Positions 7,986 through 17,508 of a stretch of 30,796 bases of DNA are shown in pieces. Both the position numbers and the translations under genes were made by a program. The stretch is taken from NCBI GenBank assembly GCA_043753795.1, contig JAYUWA010000534.1, forward strand, positions 1-30,796, given 5' to 3'. How positions within the stretch are numbered: position 1 is the stretch's first letter; every line of letters starts with the position of its first letter. This DNA comes from Bacteroidota bacterium. GTDB lineage: Bacteria > Bacteroidota > Bacteroidia > AKYH767-A > 2013-40CM-41-45. Below the pieces are notes generated by a model, which had not been told where the DNA came from, searched no databases, and saw only the letters and a list, made by a program, of their open reading frames with translations.

Positions 7986-9164
7986 ATGTCAAAAGACCGC
8001 TACCAATACCACGATTACTATTTAATGGATGAACTTCTTACTGACGAACATCGGTTGGTTCAAACAAGTGTGCGCGATTGGGTGAAGAAAGAAGTTTCAC
8101 CAATTGTTGAAGAAGCATGTCAGAAAGCAGAATTTCCCAAACAGTGGATCAAAGGTTTGGCTGAGATCGGTGCATTCGGTCCTTACATACCTGCAGAATA
8201 TGGTGGTGGTGGAATGGATCAGATCGCTTACGGTATTATCATGCAGGAATTAGAGCGTGGCGATTCAGGTTTGCGTTCGACTGCATCCGTTCAAAGTTCA
8301 TTGGTGATGTATCCGATCTACACTTATGGTAGTGAAGAACAACGTAAAAAATATTTACCAAAACTTGCTTCCGGTGAAATGATGGGTTGCTTTGGATTGA
8401 CAGAACCGGATCATGGTTCGAATCCGAATGGAATGATCAGTAACATCAAAGAAAAAGGTGATCACTTTATTTTGAACGGGGCAAAGATGTGGATCAGCAA
8501 TGCACCATTTGCAGACATAGCAGTTGTGTGGGCAAAAGACGAACAAGGAATTGTTCGCGGATTGATCGTTGAACGTGGAATGAAAGGATTCACAACTCCG
8601 GAAACACATGGCAAATGGTCGCTGCGTGCAAGTGCTACAGGCGAACTTGTTTTCGACAATGTTATTATTCCGAAAGAAAATATTTTACCGAATGTAAAAG
8701 GCTTGAAAGGTCCATTGGGTTGTCTGAATTCTGCACGTTACGGAATTTCATGGGGAGCAATTGGTGCTGCTCTTGATTGTTACGATTCAGCATTAAGATA
8801 TTCGCAGGAAAGAATTCAATTCGGAAGACCGATTGGTGGTTTCCAGTTGACTCAGAAAAAACTTGCCGAGATGATCACTGAAATTACAAAAGCACAACTG
8901 CTTACATGGAGATTAGGTGTTCTTAAAAACGAAAACCGTGCAACACCGGCGCAGATCTCAATGGCAAAAAGGAATAACGTGAACATGGCATTGCAGATCG
9001 CAAGAGAAGCAAGACAAATTCACGGTGGTATGGGAATCACCGGCGAATATCCCATCATGCGCCACATGATGAATCTTGAATCAGTAATTACCTATGAAGG
9101 AACGCATGATATTCATCTTTTGATTACGGGGATGGATGTTACGGGGTTTAATGCGTTTGAGTAA
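7986..9164 (+). CDS. gcdH: Acyl-CoA dehydrogenase, most likely glutaryl-CoA dehydrogenase
   Basis: ELERGDSGLRSTASVQSSLVM, CFGLTEPDHGS, LNGAKMWISN, LRASATGEL, QIHGGMGITGEYPIMRHMMNLESVITYEGTHDIH. These are GCD-type motifs. Confidence 0.88.
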   Translation: MSKDRYQYHDYYLMDELLTDEHRLVQTSVRDWVKKEVSPIVEEACQKAEFPKQWIKGLAEIGAFGPYIPAEYGGGGMDQIAYGIIMQELERGDSGLRSTASVQSSLVMYPIYTYGSEEQRKKYLPKLASGEMMGCFGLTEPDHGSNPNGMISNIKEKGDHFILNGAKMWISNAPFADIAVVWAKDEQGIVRGLIVERGMKGFTTPETHGKWSLRASATGELVFDNVIIPKENILPNVKGLKGPLGCLNSARYGISWGAIGAALDCYDSALRYSQERIQFGRPIGGFQLTQKKLAEMITEITKAQLLTWRLGVLKNENRATPAQISMAKRNNVNMALQIAREARQIHGGMGITGEYPIMRHMMNLESVITYEGTHDIHLLITGMDVTGFNAFE

Positions 9165-9264
9165 TTTCAGGTTAGAAGTCAGAGATCACATCGCAATGGT
9201 CATACGAGTCAAAAGTCGAAAACTTTAGGTTAAAGGTCAGTGGTCAAAGCCATTGACCTTTTTT
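9165..9264 (+). repeat. Degenerate GTCAAAG-period heptamers ending in a terminator-like hairpin
   Basis: TAGGTTA-AAGGTCA-GTGGTCA at 9226-9246. Stem GGTCAA (9242-9247)/TTGACC (9253-9258) followed by a T-run at 9259-9264. Confidence 0.6.
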
Positions 9265-9381
9265 CTGCGGATAGTATGTGTAAATCTGCTGGAAATAAAA
9301 CACAGAGAACATAGATTTCACAATGAGACCATAGAATTTTTCTGCGGATATTCTGCGTGTTCTGCGTAGCTCTGCGGGAAA
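9261..9381. repeat. TCTGCG-family repeat cluster
   Basis: TCTGCG at 9264, 9341, 9352, 9361, 9371. 13-bp direct repeat TTTTCTGCGGATA at 9261 and 9338. Confidence 0.8.
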
Positions 9382-9521
9382 TTATTTTTTTTACAACCAT
9401 TTATCGTCTGTTCACTATTCCAATTTTTCATTTGGTCACAAATTTATTTTTCGGTTTATCATAAAAAGTACATTCAATCATTATTATTAGTGATGTAGTT
9501 CTCCCATTTAATCTACGTACT

Positions 9522-11099
9522 ATGAAAACCATATTTTTAATTTCAATTTTATCATTGATATGTGTTCATGAAGCATTTTCTCAGGCAAATTGTTCCAGCC
9601 CTCTCTCTGTTGCAGTTTGTCCGGATACTTTATTAATGTATCAAACAAATGCCGGTATGGGCGATGATGCGCCGGCAGGAATTAATTATACAGGAGAGGA
9701 TCTGGTTTATAGAATAACAGTTCCGGTTACAACGATAAAAATTTTCATATCGATTGCAAATGCAACAGGGCTGATCAGGTCAAGACTCGTAAAAGACAGT
9801 TGTACCAGTGTTACCGGACCAGGCTTTCCTTTCAATACAGGAACAAATTCATATACTTTTAGTGTAAGCAATTCGACAACGTACTATCTGTGGCTGGATG
9901 CAGCAACCACAGTTACTTTTGATATCGGTATCGGAGCTGATACAAGTTCGACAGTTGTTAGTCAACCTGACACACAGGGAAACTGGATGCCCGATCAATC
10001 CGGTTGTTACGTACCTGTCTTTCATCCAGCTAAACCATTCTATCAGGTAAAGTTTAATAACGTTTTTCAGACTGACCCTATGACTTTAGCACCATTAAAT
10101 GTAGCCGGTTCATTTTGTATTAATACTATCTTAAAGAATACAACAGGCGATGAAGGTGTACGAAAATTTGAATTCTCATTTGGTACAGGGTATATCAACA
10201 TTCAGGCGCCGGACAGTATTGCAGGAACATACAATACTGGTTACTGGATAAAATCAGGCATAGGAAATTTTATCAAATATATATTCTATGAAGCAGCTTC
10301 AACAGGTCGAGGTGATTTTGATGGTTCACCAAATTCGTGTTTGAGTTATGAGTTCTGTTTTACTCTTATACCGGTTTCAAACAGTCCTTCTATTACAGAA
10401 GTTGATGTTTATGTTGAAAGTGATGGATATGGCGCAGCATACACTGGTAATTTAAATTCCGGTTGCTGTCCTGCGTTTTTCCCAAATTGCCATTTCAACC
10501 AAGGAGGTAGTAGTTCAGGAGTAAATGGATTTGGATTTGGAGTCAATGATCCCGGCGGTTCATTACCTGTTGAATTAGTAAAATTTGATGTCGTTGATGA
10601 AAATAATATTATCCGTATAATATGGACTACTGCTTCAGAAATAAACAACGACTATTTTACAATAGAAAGATCCATCGATGCAATGAATTGGAAAGAATTA
10701 GAACAGACAGATGGCAGTGGCAACTCAACTCAATATTTAGATTACGCTATCATCGATCCATTTCCTTTAAGTGGTACTTCCTATTACAGGCTTAAGCAAA
10801 CAGATTTTGATGGTAAAACTTCAGCCTTTCCTCCTAAATCAATTCATCATGATGGAGCAAAAGATTTTGATGTATACCCGAATCCGGCAAAAGAAAAACT
10901 AACTGTAAGAAATTTTTCAGCAGCTGAATATGAAGCGGAATTGTTTTCTGCAATAGGAATGGAAATGTATGTTCCGGCCCATGCGACATCAAAAGAAAAA
11001 ATATTTGATACTTCACAAATTTCGTCAGGTATATACTTCCTGATCATCAGATCAAAAAATGAAATTAAAAGAAGTAAAAGAATTGTAATCATTAAATAA
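9522..11099 (+). CDS. Secreted protein with T9SS type A sorting domain
   Basis: Signal peptide (MKTIFLISILSLICVHEAFSQ), LPVELVKF module with YYRLKQTDFDGK, and CTD VYPNPAKEKLTV...GIYFLII...KRIVIIK. Confidence 0.9.
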   Translation: MKTIFLISILSLICVHEAFSQANCSSPLSVAVCPDTLLMYQTNAGMGDDAPAGINYTGEDLVYRITVPVTTIKIFISIANATGLIRSRLVKDSCTSVTGPGFPFNTGTNSYTFSVSNSTTYYLWLDAATTVTFDIGIGADTSSTVVSQPDTQGNWMPDQSGCYVPVFHPAKPFYQVKFNNVFQTDPMTLAPLNVAGSFCINTILKNTTGDEGVRKFEFSFGTGYINIQAPDSIAGTYNTGYWIKSGIGNFIKYIFYEAASTGRGDFDGSPNSCLSYEFCFTLIPVSNSPSITEVDVYVESDGYGAAYTGNLNSGCCPAFFPNCHFNQGGSSSGVNGFGFGVNDPGGSLPVELVKFDVVDENNIIRIIWTTASEINNDYFTIERSIDAMNWKELEQTDGSGNSTQYLDYAIIDPFPLSGTSYYRLKQTDFDGKTSAFPPKSIHHDGAKDFDVYPNPAKEKLTVRNFSAAEYEAELFSAIGMEMYVPAHATSKEKIFDTSQISSGIYFLIIRSKNEIKRSKRIVIIK

Positions 11100-12216
11100 A
11101 AAGATCCGTAGATACTCTGTCTGCAAAGTATTTACCTTTATCACTTAGAGTAAATAGGTTATTATTGTGCAGAACAAGGCCAGCCTTAATTTGAGAATCA
11201 AGTCTGCTCAATAATTCGGAACTCAGTTGATCGCCAAATTCTTCTATGACAAAATTCAAATTCACACCCCAATTGGTTCGCATAGAAGTTAAAATGTATT
11301 CATTGAACTTATCTTTCATAGAAAGTTCTTCAACCTCCGCCGGAATTATATTTTCAGCAAGTGAACGAATATAAACCGGATTATTCGAAACATTCCACTG
11401 TCGACTATCGCCATTGTATGAATGTGCCGAAGGACCAACGCCTAAATATTTTTCTCTCTTCCAGTAAGATGTATTGTGACGAGAGTATTTTCCATTGCGC
11501 GCAAAGTTGCTGATCTCATAATGTTCAAAACCGTTTTCTGCGGCGGCTTTCATCAGCATTTCAAAATGAAGTGCTGCAGCACCATCATCAATGTCTTTAA
11601 CTTTATTTTGTTTGATCATTGATGCCAATGCAGTTCTTGGCTCAACTGTCAACGAGTAACACGACAAATGATCAACACCCAAACCAAAAGCTGTTTTCAT
11701 GTTTTCTTGCCAGTCCTCCGGAGAAAGTTCAGGCAAACCGTACATCAAATCAATTGTTATATTTTCAAATCCTGCTGCATTCGCATCGCTTACACATTGC
11801 AAGGCTTGCACAGCATTGTGTGCGCGGTTCATCAACAACAGATCCTTTTCTCTGAATGATTGTATTCCTATACTCAAACGATTGACTCCGGCCGATCTCA
11901 ACATTTGCAGAAGTTCAATTGTAAGGTCATCTGGATTGGATTCTAATGTAATCTCTGCCTCTACCTCCACTACAAAATTTTCCTTTATGGTATTTAATAA
12001 AAGGTCAAGCTGATTTCTGTTCAGCAACGATGGAGTTCCGCCGCCAAAATAAATTGTTTCGACTCTTTCACCTGCCAAATAATTCTTTCGAAGAATAATT
12101 TCCCCGGAAATGGCCTGAACCATATCATTCATCAATTCCTGCGAAGTAGAAAAATGGAAATCACAGTAATGACAAGCTTTTTTGCAAAAAGGGATATGAA
12201 GATAAATACCGGACAA
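11092..12216 (-). CDS. hemW: Radical SAM family heme chaperone HemW
   Basis: IYLHIPFCKKACHYCDF, TIYFGGGTPS, EITLESNPDD, NRLSIGIQSF, YEISNFA, SRHNTSYW, YLGVGPSAHS. Confidence 0.93.
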   Translation of the reverse strand: MSGIYLHIPFCKKACHYCDFHFSTSQELMNDMVQAISGEIILRKNYLAGERVETIYFGGGTPSLLNRNQLDLLLNTIKENFVVEVEAEITLESNPDDLTIELLQMLRSAGVNRLSIGIQSFREKDLLLMNRAHNAVQALQCVSDANAAGFENITIDLMYGLPELSPEDWQENMKTAFGLGVDHLSCYSLTVEPRTALASMIKQNKVKDIDDGAAALHFEMLMKAAAENGFEHYEISNFARNGKYSRHNTSYWKREKYLGVGPSAHSYNGDSRQWNVSNNPVYIRSLAENIIPAEVEELSMKDKFNEYILTSMRTNWGVNLNFVIEEFGDQLSSELLSRLDSQIKAGLVLHNNNLFTLSDKGKYFADRVSTDLFI

Positions 12217-12260
12217 AATCTAGTGTGGAGTTTGAGTGTGTGGTGTGAGCAACTCACAGC

Positions 12261-12292
12261 AATCCGAAATCCGAAATCCGAAATCCGAAATC
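12261..12292. repeat. Heptamer tandem repeat (AATCCGA)4
   Basis: Four perfect copies plus AATC, abutting the histidine kinase stop codon. Confidence 0.95.
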
Positions 12293-13469
12293 ATTTCTTC
12301 AATACGATCCTGAACGTCGTTCCTTTATTCATCTCAGAATTCTTAACGAAAATTTGTCCATCGTGATATTCTTCAATGATTCTTTTACTTAGAGAAAGTC
12401 CAAGTCCCCAACCACGACTCTTTGTTGTGAATCCGGGTTTAAAAATTGTTTTGTACGATGATTTCGGAATTCCTTTACCTGTATCACAGATATCAATGTA
12501 AACAAACTGATGCTGATTAGTAATGTTCACATCAATTTTTCCATTCCCGCTCATTGCATCGATGGCATTCTTTAGAATATTTTCAATGACCCAATCGAAC
12601 AAAGGTACATTCAATGGAGCCCATACTTCAGTTGGCGGTGTTTTCAGATCAAAGATCACTTTATCAGAACTTCGTGTTTGAATATACTCCACAGAATGTT
12701 TGAGCACCTCATGGATATTCACTTTAGTAAGTGATGGGGCTGAACCAATCTTAGAAAAGCGTTCAGTGATTGTTAGTAATCGGTTAATGTCTTTCTCAAT
12801 TTCATTGGTATAGTCGCTGCTCATTCCTTTGAGTCGCAAAAATTCCAGCCATGCAACCAATGATGAAAGTGGAGTTCCCAATTGATGGGCAGTTTCTTTT
12901 GCCATTCCAACCCACACTTGATTTTGTTCCGCTTTTCTTGAATTACTAAATGCCAGATAAGAAACAAGTAAAAACAATGCAATGACTGCTAACTGGAAGT
13001 ATGGATAATAGCGTAGACGAATCAGTAATTCTGAATCGCGATAAAGAATATATTGTTTAATGGTTCCGATATGAATTTCAATCGGATCATGCACAGCGCG
13101 CATTTCTAAGATCTGCTTTCTCAAATAGTCTTCCCTCAGCGATTGCACCGAATCAAGATTCCGTGAAGAGATCGGATTAAACTTATCGTCGGCCCAGATA
13201 ACAGGAATTGTATTGTTGTTACTGATCACATTTGATAAAAAATTAATATCGGTATTCAACTCGCTAACATCAGCAAGCCGGCGAGTTGCCTCTGCCCAAA
13301 GTTCGATCTTCTTGCGTTCTTCAACTGCAAGTTTATTGACCAAACGATTGGTATACCATAGGGAAGCGGTGCCGATCATTAAGGCTGCCAGGAGCAGCAA
13401 TAATTTCCAACGTTGTTTTTGAGTATAAATATTCACGTAAAACTTGGTATTTGAATAATCTCCAGGCAC
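12291..13469 (-). CDS. Membrane sensor histidine kinase (no cognate regulator in window)
   Basis: Two TM segments, H-box ETAHQLGTPL, N-box ENILKNAIDA, G1 DTGKGI, F/G2 FKPGFTTKSRGWGLGL. The true start may be the GTG at 13436. Confidence 0.93.
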   Translation of the reverse strand: MPGDYSNTKFYVNIYTQKQRWKLLLLLAALMIGTASLWYTNRLVNKLAVEERKKIELWAEATRRLADVSELNTDINFLSNVISNNNTIPVIWADDKFNPISSRNLDSVQSLREDYLRKQILEMRAVHDPIEIHIGTIKQYILYRDSELLIRLRYYPYFQLAVIALFLLVSYLAFSNSRKAEQNQVWVGMAKETAHQLGTPLSSLVAWLEFLRLKGMSSDYTNEIEKDINRLLTITERFSKIGSAPSLTKVNIHEVLKHSVEYIQTRSSDKVIFDLKTPPTEVWAPLNVPLFDWVIENILKNAIDAMSGNGKIDVNITNQHQFVYIDICDTGKGIPKSSYKTIFKPGFTTKSRGWGLGLSLSKRIIEEYHDGQIFVKNSEMNKGTTFRIVLKK

Positions 13470-13532
13470 TTACCTAAAGCATTCTCCTGATCCGATTGCG
13501 CAAAGATGCGGGAAATTCTTAGAATAGAAAAA

Positions 13533-16055
13533 TCATTCTCCATCAGAACTCCAATCTATCTGCATTTCATCCTTCTTTTTTGATTTTGAGGTCTTTACAG
13601 TGTCCTTTTTAAATAATCCAAACTCTTCTTTTAACATCGATTTCAGGTTCTGACTCTCCTTATTGATCTCGGTTTTGATCTTTTGTCCGGCAGCTTTGCG
13701 GTCGTAGGCAAACTTTGGATTGTCAACCGGACCTTTCATTGATAACATCAGCATTGTTCTTCCTAATCCGTCATCTTCAATTTCTCCAAATTCAGTCGAG
13801 TTGGAACGCATTTTTTTACCAAGCACATCCGACAATAATAATTGAATATGGTAATCAACTATATTATCGAAACTATGGGTTCCATTTCCGGAAATGTTTA
13901 TCGCATTTGACTTGATCTCCATATTAGGAATAAAAATCTTCCTGTCTTTGATAGCAATCTTATTTGTGAGTGTAGAGAATTTTATTCGATTCAGATCAGG
14001 CACCTTTATATATTTTGCCAAAGCCTGAATCGGTGTGAAATTATTCAGCTCACCATTTTCAATTTTAATATCGCAAGTAGAAAATACCCGTGCCGGATTA
14101 ATAGTAAGATCTTTCGACCACATACTTGAAAATTGAACATCGGCACTGATCACTCCTTTTACATTTTTATCGGTCATAGTGGTCTGGCCAAAATTCTCCA
14201 GTTCAAAAAACAAACGTGTGATATCAAGTTTAGCAAACTTTGCATCTAAATTCATTTGTATACTATCGCGGCGAGAAGCGTTGATCGTAGCATCCATCTG
14301 AATTTCTCCATCCATTGTTTTAAACCGAAGTGCTCGGCTACTGATCACCTGACGTTCAAGATGAATGTGACCCCTTACAGCAGACGCTTCGAATTTCCTG
14401 AACTTCATATTTCCTATCGATACATTTAATTCGCAAGTAAGACGAGGATTGAACTTCATAATATATGAAGTATCATCAGCTGAAACAGTTGTGGATTTAT
14501 TCACTAGGAATTCGTCCATTGCAAGATTATTTGACACAACATCGGCAATAAAATCTCCGGGTTGATCACGAATGAGAATGAAGGGAATGAAATTTTTGAA
14601 GATGCCATCAAGTTTGAAATCAGTTGAAGAAATTTTTCCTGAGAAATTTTCAATTGCTACATCTTCGTTTTTGAGTACAAAATTTCCGCTAAGGTTTGTG
14701 AACGAAAGCGGATTATTTTTCAGTTTGAAATAAACATGACTGATATCGACATTACCCGAAGCCTTTACTTCGTAGAGCTTGTCTTTTGAAACATTTTGCA
14801 ATTGGCTTACCTTACCGCTGTAATAAACATTCATAGCAAGATTTCCGGAAAGCTGTTCGAGTGTATCGGCATTTATGAATGGCTTTACCTGTGCCAGATC
14901 AAGTTGTGTTGAAGCATGTATTGTCAGGTAAGCATTTTCAAGATCATCAATTCTGATCTCTGCTTTAATTTTGTGTCCACTCAGACTGGCAGAAAGTGAG
15001 GGGATATTCAAAAAACTCTTCCGTTTAGAAGTAGCATTGTGAAATGTTCCTGAAAAATTTATTGCCGTCAGTTCAACAGGATTATCTTCCGTAGAAAGTT
15101 TTCCATCAGCAATAGAGAAATCCACTTTTACATCAGGCGATCTGCTTCCTGACACTTCTCCATTGATTGTAGAATGAAAAATAAAGCGGCCCTTGCTTTT
15201 GAAGGATTTTAGTCTGGCCGAAAAACCGGGCGGCAATAATGAAATGAAGGATGCCAGATCTGCCTCATTCGATTTTACATCAAGATCTACAACAACAGAA
15301 TGTGGCGGAGCTTTAATTTTTCCGTTCAGATCAAATTTTACGTCTGCGATCTTTACTGAACTTTTTTCGAAAGTATAAATATCTGTTTTTGTATTAACTT
15401 TCAGATTACTCAAAACTTCCACTTCTTTGTGATCGATATAGTTTACATTTTTCACTAGTAGTCTATTCACAAAGAGGCTTGCTGTGGTCGTCAGAGTGAA
15501 TTCATCACTTGAAAATCTACCGGACAATTGAGCATCTTTTGCGAAAGCATTATAGTCCTGCTGATTTTTTTTATCAAAGTAAGTAACGGAAACATCTTTC
15601 AGAATTATTTTCTGCAGATCGATCACACCGCTACTTGTTGTATCACCAGAAGTCTTCCAGAATTTATAATTTCCTTTTCCTGAAGTATCAATTCTGATAT
15701 TCAGATTTCCTTTGTCTAAAATTATTTTTCTGACGGTTACGTCTTTATTAAAAATTCCGGTAATGTTAAAAAGCAATGCAAGACGATTCGCAAAAATGAG
15801 GGTATCCTTTTTCGGGGAATCCGTGACATCATAGATCAGGACATCATCCATATCGATTGAAGCGAAAGGAAAATGGCGGATAACAGAAAAGTTGAACTCT
15901 TTTACTTTAATCTCAGTAGCCAGATGTTTATTCAGTTCACCGATGACCAGTTGTTTGATCTCCTTACTATAAAAAAGGCTGATCGTTGCAGCCAAGACGA
16001 AAATTCCGATGACAGCAATTGCGATGACTTTTAATAAGACCTTAATTACTTTCAT
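13533..16055 (-). CDS. AsmA family / AsmA-like C-terminal region protein
   Basis: N-terminal membrane anchor, long beta-rich body, and C-terminal EIKSNAINISGNGTHSFDNIVDY...LSMKGPVDNPKFAYD typical of AsmA-like proteins. Confidence 0.8.
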   Translation of the reverse strand: MKVIKVLLKVIAIAVIGIFVLAATISLFYSKEIKQLVIGELNKHLATEIKVKEFNFSVIRHFPFASIDMDDVLIYDVTDSPKKDTLIFANRLALLFNITGIFNKDVTVRKIILDKGNLNIRIDTSGKGNYKFWKTSGDTTSSGVIDLQKIILKDVSVTYFDKKNQQDYNAFAKDAQLSGRFSSDEFTLTTTASLFVNRLLVKNVNYIDHKEVEVLSNLKVNTKTDIYTFEKSSVKIADVKFDLNGKIKAPPHSVVVDLDVKSNEADLASFISLLPPGFSARLKSFKSKGRFIFHSTINGEVSGSRSPDVKVDFSIADGKLSTEDNPVELTAINFSGTFHNATSKRKSFLNIPSLSASLSGHKIKAEIRIDDLENAYLTIHASTQLDLAQVKPFINADTLEQLSGNLAMNVYYSGKVSQLQNVSKDKLYEVKASGNVDISHVYFKLKNNPLSFTNLSGNFVLKNEDVAIENFSGKISSTDFKLDGIFKNFIPFILIRDQPGDFIADVVSNNLAMDEFLVNKSTTVSADDTSYIMKFNPRLTCELNVSIGNMKFRKFEASAVRGHIHLERQVISSRALRFKTMDGEIQMDATINASRRDSIQMNLDAKFAKLDITRLFFELENFGQTTMTDKNVKGVISADVQFSSMWSKDLTINPARVFSTCDIKIENGELNNFTPIQALAKYIKVPDLNRIKFSTLTNKIAIKDRKIFIPNMEIKSNAINISGNGTHSFDNIVDYHIQLLLSDVLGKKMRSNSTEFGEIEDDGLGRTMLMLSMKGPVDNPKFAYDRKAAGQKIKTEINKESQNLKSMLKEEFGLFKKDTVKTSKSKKKDEMQIDWSSDGE

Positions 16056-16156
16056 CTGATCAAGCAGTTCGATTAGGGAACGCTATCGGCAATTTGAAAT
16101 TGTACGACTGTAAGAATTGATAATAGAAAACGAAAAAGCACAGAAAAGGTTGCTTA

Positions 16157-17443
16157 CTACTTCAGATTTAAGATTTTCACTGAAAAATTTTCCTGATTGT
16201 CCGAAAGATTTAAAAAGTACACCCCGGATTTGAGACCAGAAAAATCAATTGCTTCGGAAAATTCACCAGGGGAAGTAAAATTCTTTGTAAACGAGAATAC
16301 TTCCCTTCCAAGCGCATCTGAAACTAACCCTGTTAAAACACCAGAACGTGCCACTTTAAAGCGAGCGTAAAATATTCCATTTTCAAAATAGCCCCATATG
16401 TTCGAATTTGAACTAACATTTTCAGTTTCGTCGGAAGAAAGTACAATTCCATTTTCATTAAAAATCAATAAACCATAATAAGTTCCCATAAACTTATTTC
16501 CATTTGACTCGGTTAGAATCGTCACAACAGTTTGTATTGGATTAGGGAATGGAATTACAGTTGAATCAAAAAATGTCCAGGTCTGATCATCATACATAGC
16601 AATTCCTGACAACGAGGAAACCCATTTGGTTCCTAAATGATCAATTTCCGGTTTACAATACTGAAATGATGCCTGTGTTGAAACTGAGTTTGTATCAAAC
16701 GTCAACCAATTAGAATCATCAAATTTATATAGTGTTCCTTCTAATTCTGTGATCCACTTATTACCAAATTGATCAATTGTTACTCGCTGAGGAAAGCGAC
16801 CAAGCCCGGAGTTTGAAGTGTCATATAGAGTCCAATTTATGTCATCAAATGAAACAAGAGCGCCTATACTCGGTGGGCCCGGCGTATTATCGATCCCACA
16901 TATCCATTTTTTCCCAAAAGGATCTATATCAATAGACCACACATTTCCGATTGGCATTCCTGTATTTGCCATCGTGAAATTTTCAAGCGTTGTTCCATCC
17001 CATTTAAAAAGTCCATACTGGTAGGTGCCAATCCATAAATTATCACCATCTACTTTTAAACTAGTTGAATTAATATTGAATACGATGGGTGCATAAGGTG
17101 CGAAGATGGAGACTTGTCCATTACAACAACGCACTAATCCATGTACGGTTGCTACCCAAATAATGGAATCCTGAGATTCAATCGCTAAACAAGCATCGTT
17201 AAAAGTAATATTAGGAGTATGAAAGACCTGCCATTGATTTTGCCCAAGAAATTTTGCAAATCCTTCCCCTGTTGAGACCCATATATCACCATTCTTGTCC
17301 TTAGTTATATCAGTGATGTAGTTACTTGGCAGGTTTGAATTACTAGTGTCAATCACCATCCAATTAACAGCAGTATTGCTCTGCAATTGCGAGTAACTTT
17401 CAAAACAAAAAACCAATAAGAAAATCAATAAATAAAATTTCAT
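16157..17443 (-). CDS. Secreted beta-propeller (two-component regulator propeller-like) protein with T9SS-like CTD
   Basis: Repeated D-x-x-G-x-x-W blades (DKNGDIW, DPFGKKW, DQFGNKW, DHLGTKW, ESNGNKF). Signal peptide from the ATG at 17443 (ORF track starts at 17464). C-terminus DALGREV...LKSGVYFLNL...VKILNLK. Confidence 0.8.
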   Translation of the reverse strand: MKFYLLIFLLVFCFESYSQLQSNTAVNWMVIDTSNSNLPSNYITDITKDKNGDIWVSTGEGFAKFLGQNQWQVFHTPNITFNDACLAIESQDSIIWVATVHGLVRCCNGQVSIFAPYAPIVFNINSTSLKVDGDNLWIGTYQYGLFKWDGTTLENFTMANTGMPIGNVWSIDIDPFGKKWICGIDNTPGPPSIGALVSFDDINWTLYDTSNSGLGRFPQRVTIDQFGNKWITELEGTLYKFDDSNWLTFDTNSVSTQASFQYCKPEIDHLGTKWVSSLSGIAMYDDQTWTFFDSTVIPFPNPIQTVVTILTESNGNKFMGTYYGLLIFNENGIVLSSDETENVSSNSNIWGYFENGIFYARFKVARSGVLTGLVSDALGREVFSFTKNFTSPGEFSEAIDFSGLKSGVYFLNLSDNQENFSVKILNLK

Positions 17444-17466
17444 TTCCTTTGTATGTAAAGCCAAGT

Positions 17467-17474
17467 CAAATTTA
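17467..17474 (-). promoter_or_regulatory. -7 promoter element TAAATTTG for the propeller gene
   Basis: Exact TAnnTTTG on the minus strand, 24 nt upstream of the ATG at 17443 and just after the upstream terminator. Confidence 0.6.
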
Positions 17475-17475
17475 T

Positions 17476-17505
17476 AAAAAAAGGCCTCACCCTCGTGAAG
17501 CCTTT
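17476..17505 (-). terminator. Intrinsic terminator of the DUF885 gene
   Basis: Minus strand AAAGGCTTCACGAGGGTGAGGCCTTTTTTT: GC-rich stem plus U-tract immediately after the stop. Confidence 0.8.
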
Positions 17506-17508
17506 CAA

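Noticed and set aside
11092-12216. hemW as part of the radical SAM cluster, or as hemN
   Set aside because: It is a widespread housekeeping gene separated from the cluster by two plus-strand genes, and its length and N-terminus fit HemW rather than HemN.
12154-12366. 70-aa plus-strand ORF containing IRNPKSEIRN
   Set aside because: It is a by-product of the AATCCGA repeat and antisense to hemW and the kinase.
13501-13508. Promoter for the histidine kinase (CATCTTTG, minus strand)
   Set aside because: It mismatches the conserved TA of TAnnTTTG, so support is too weak.
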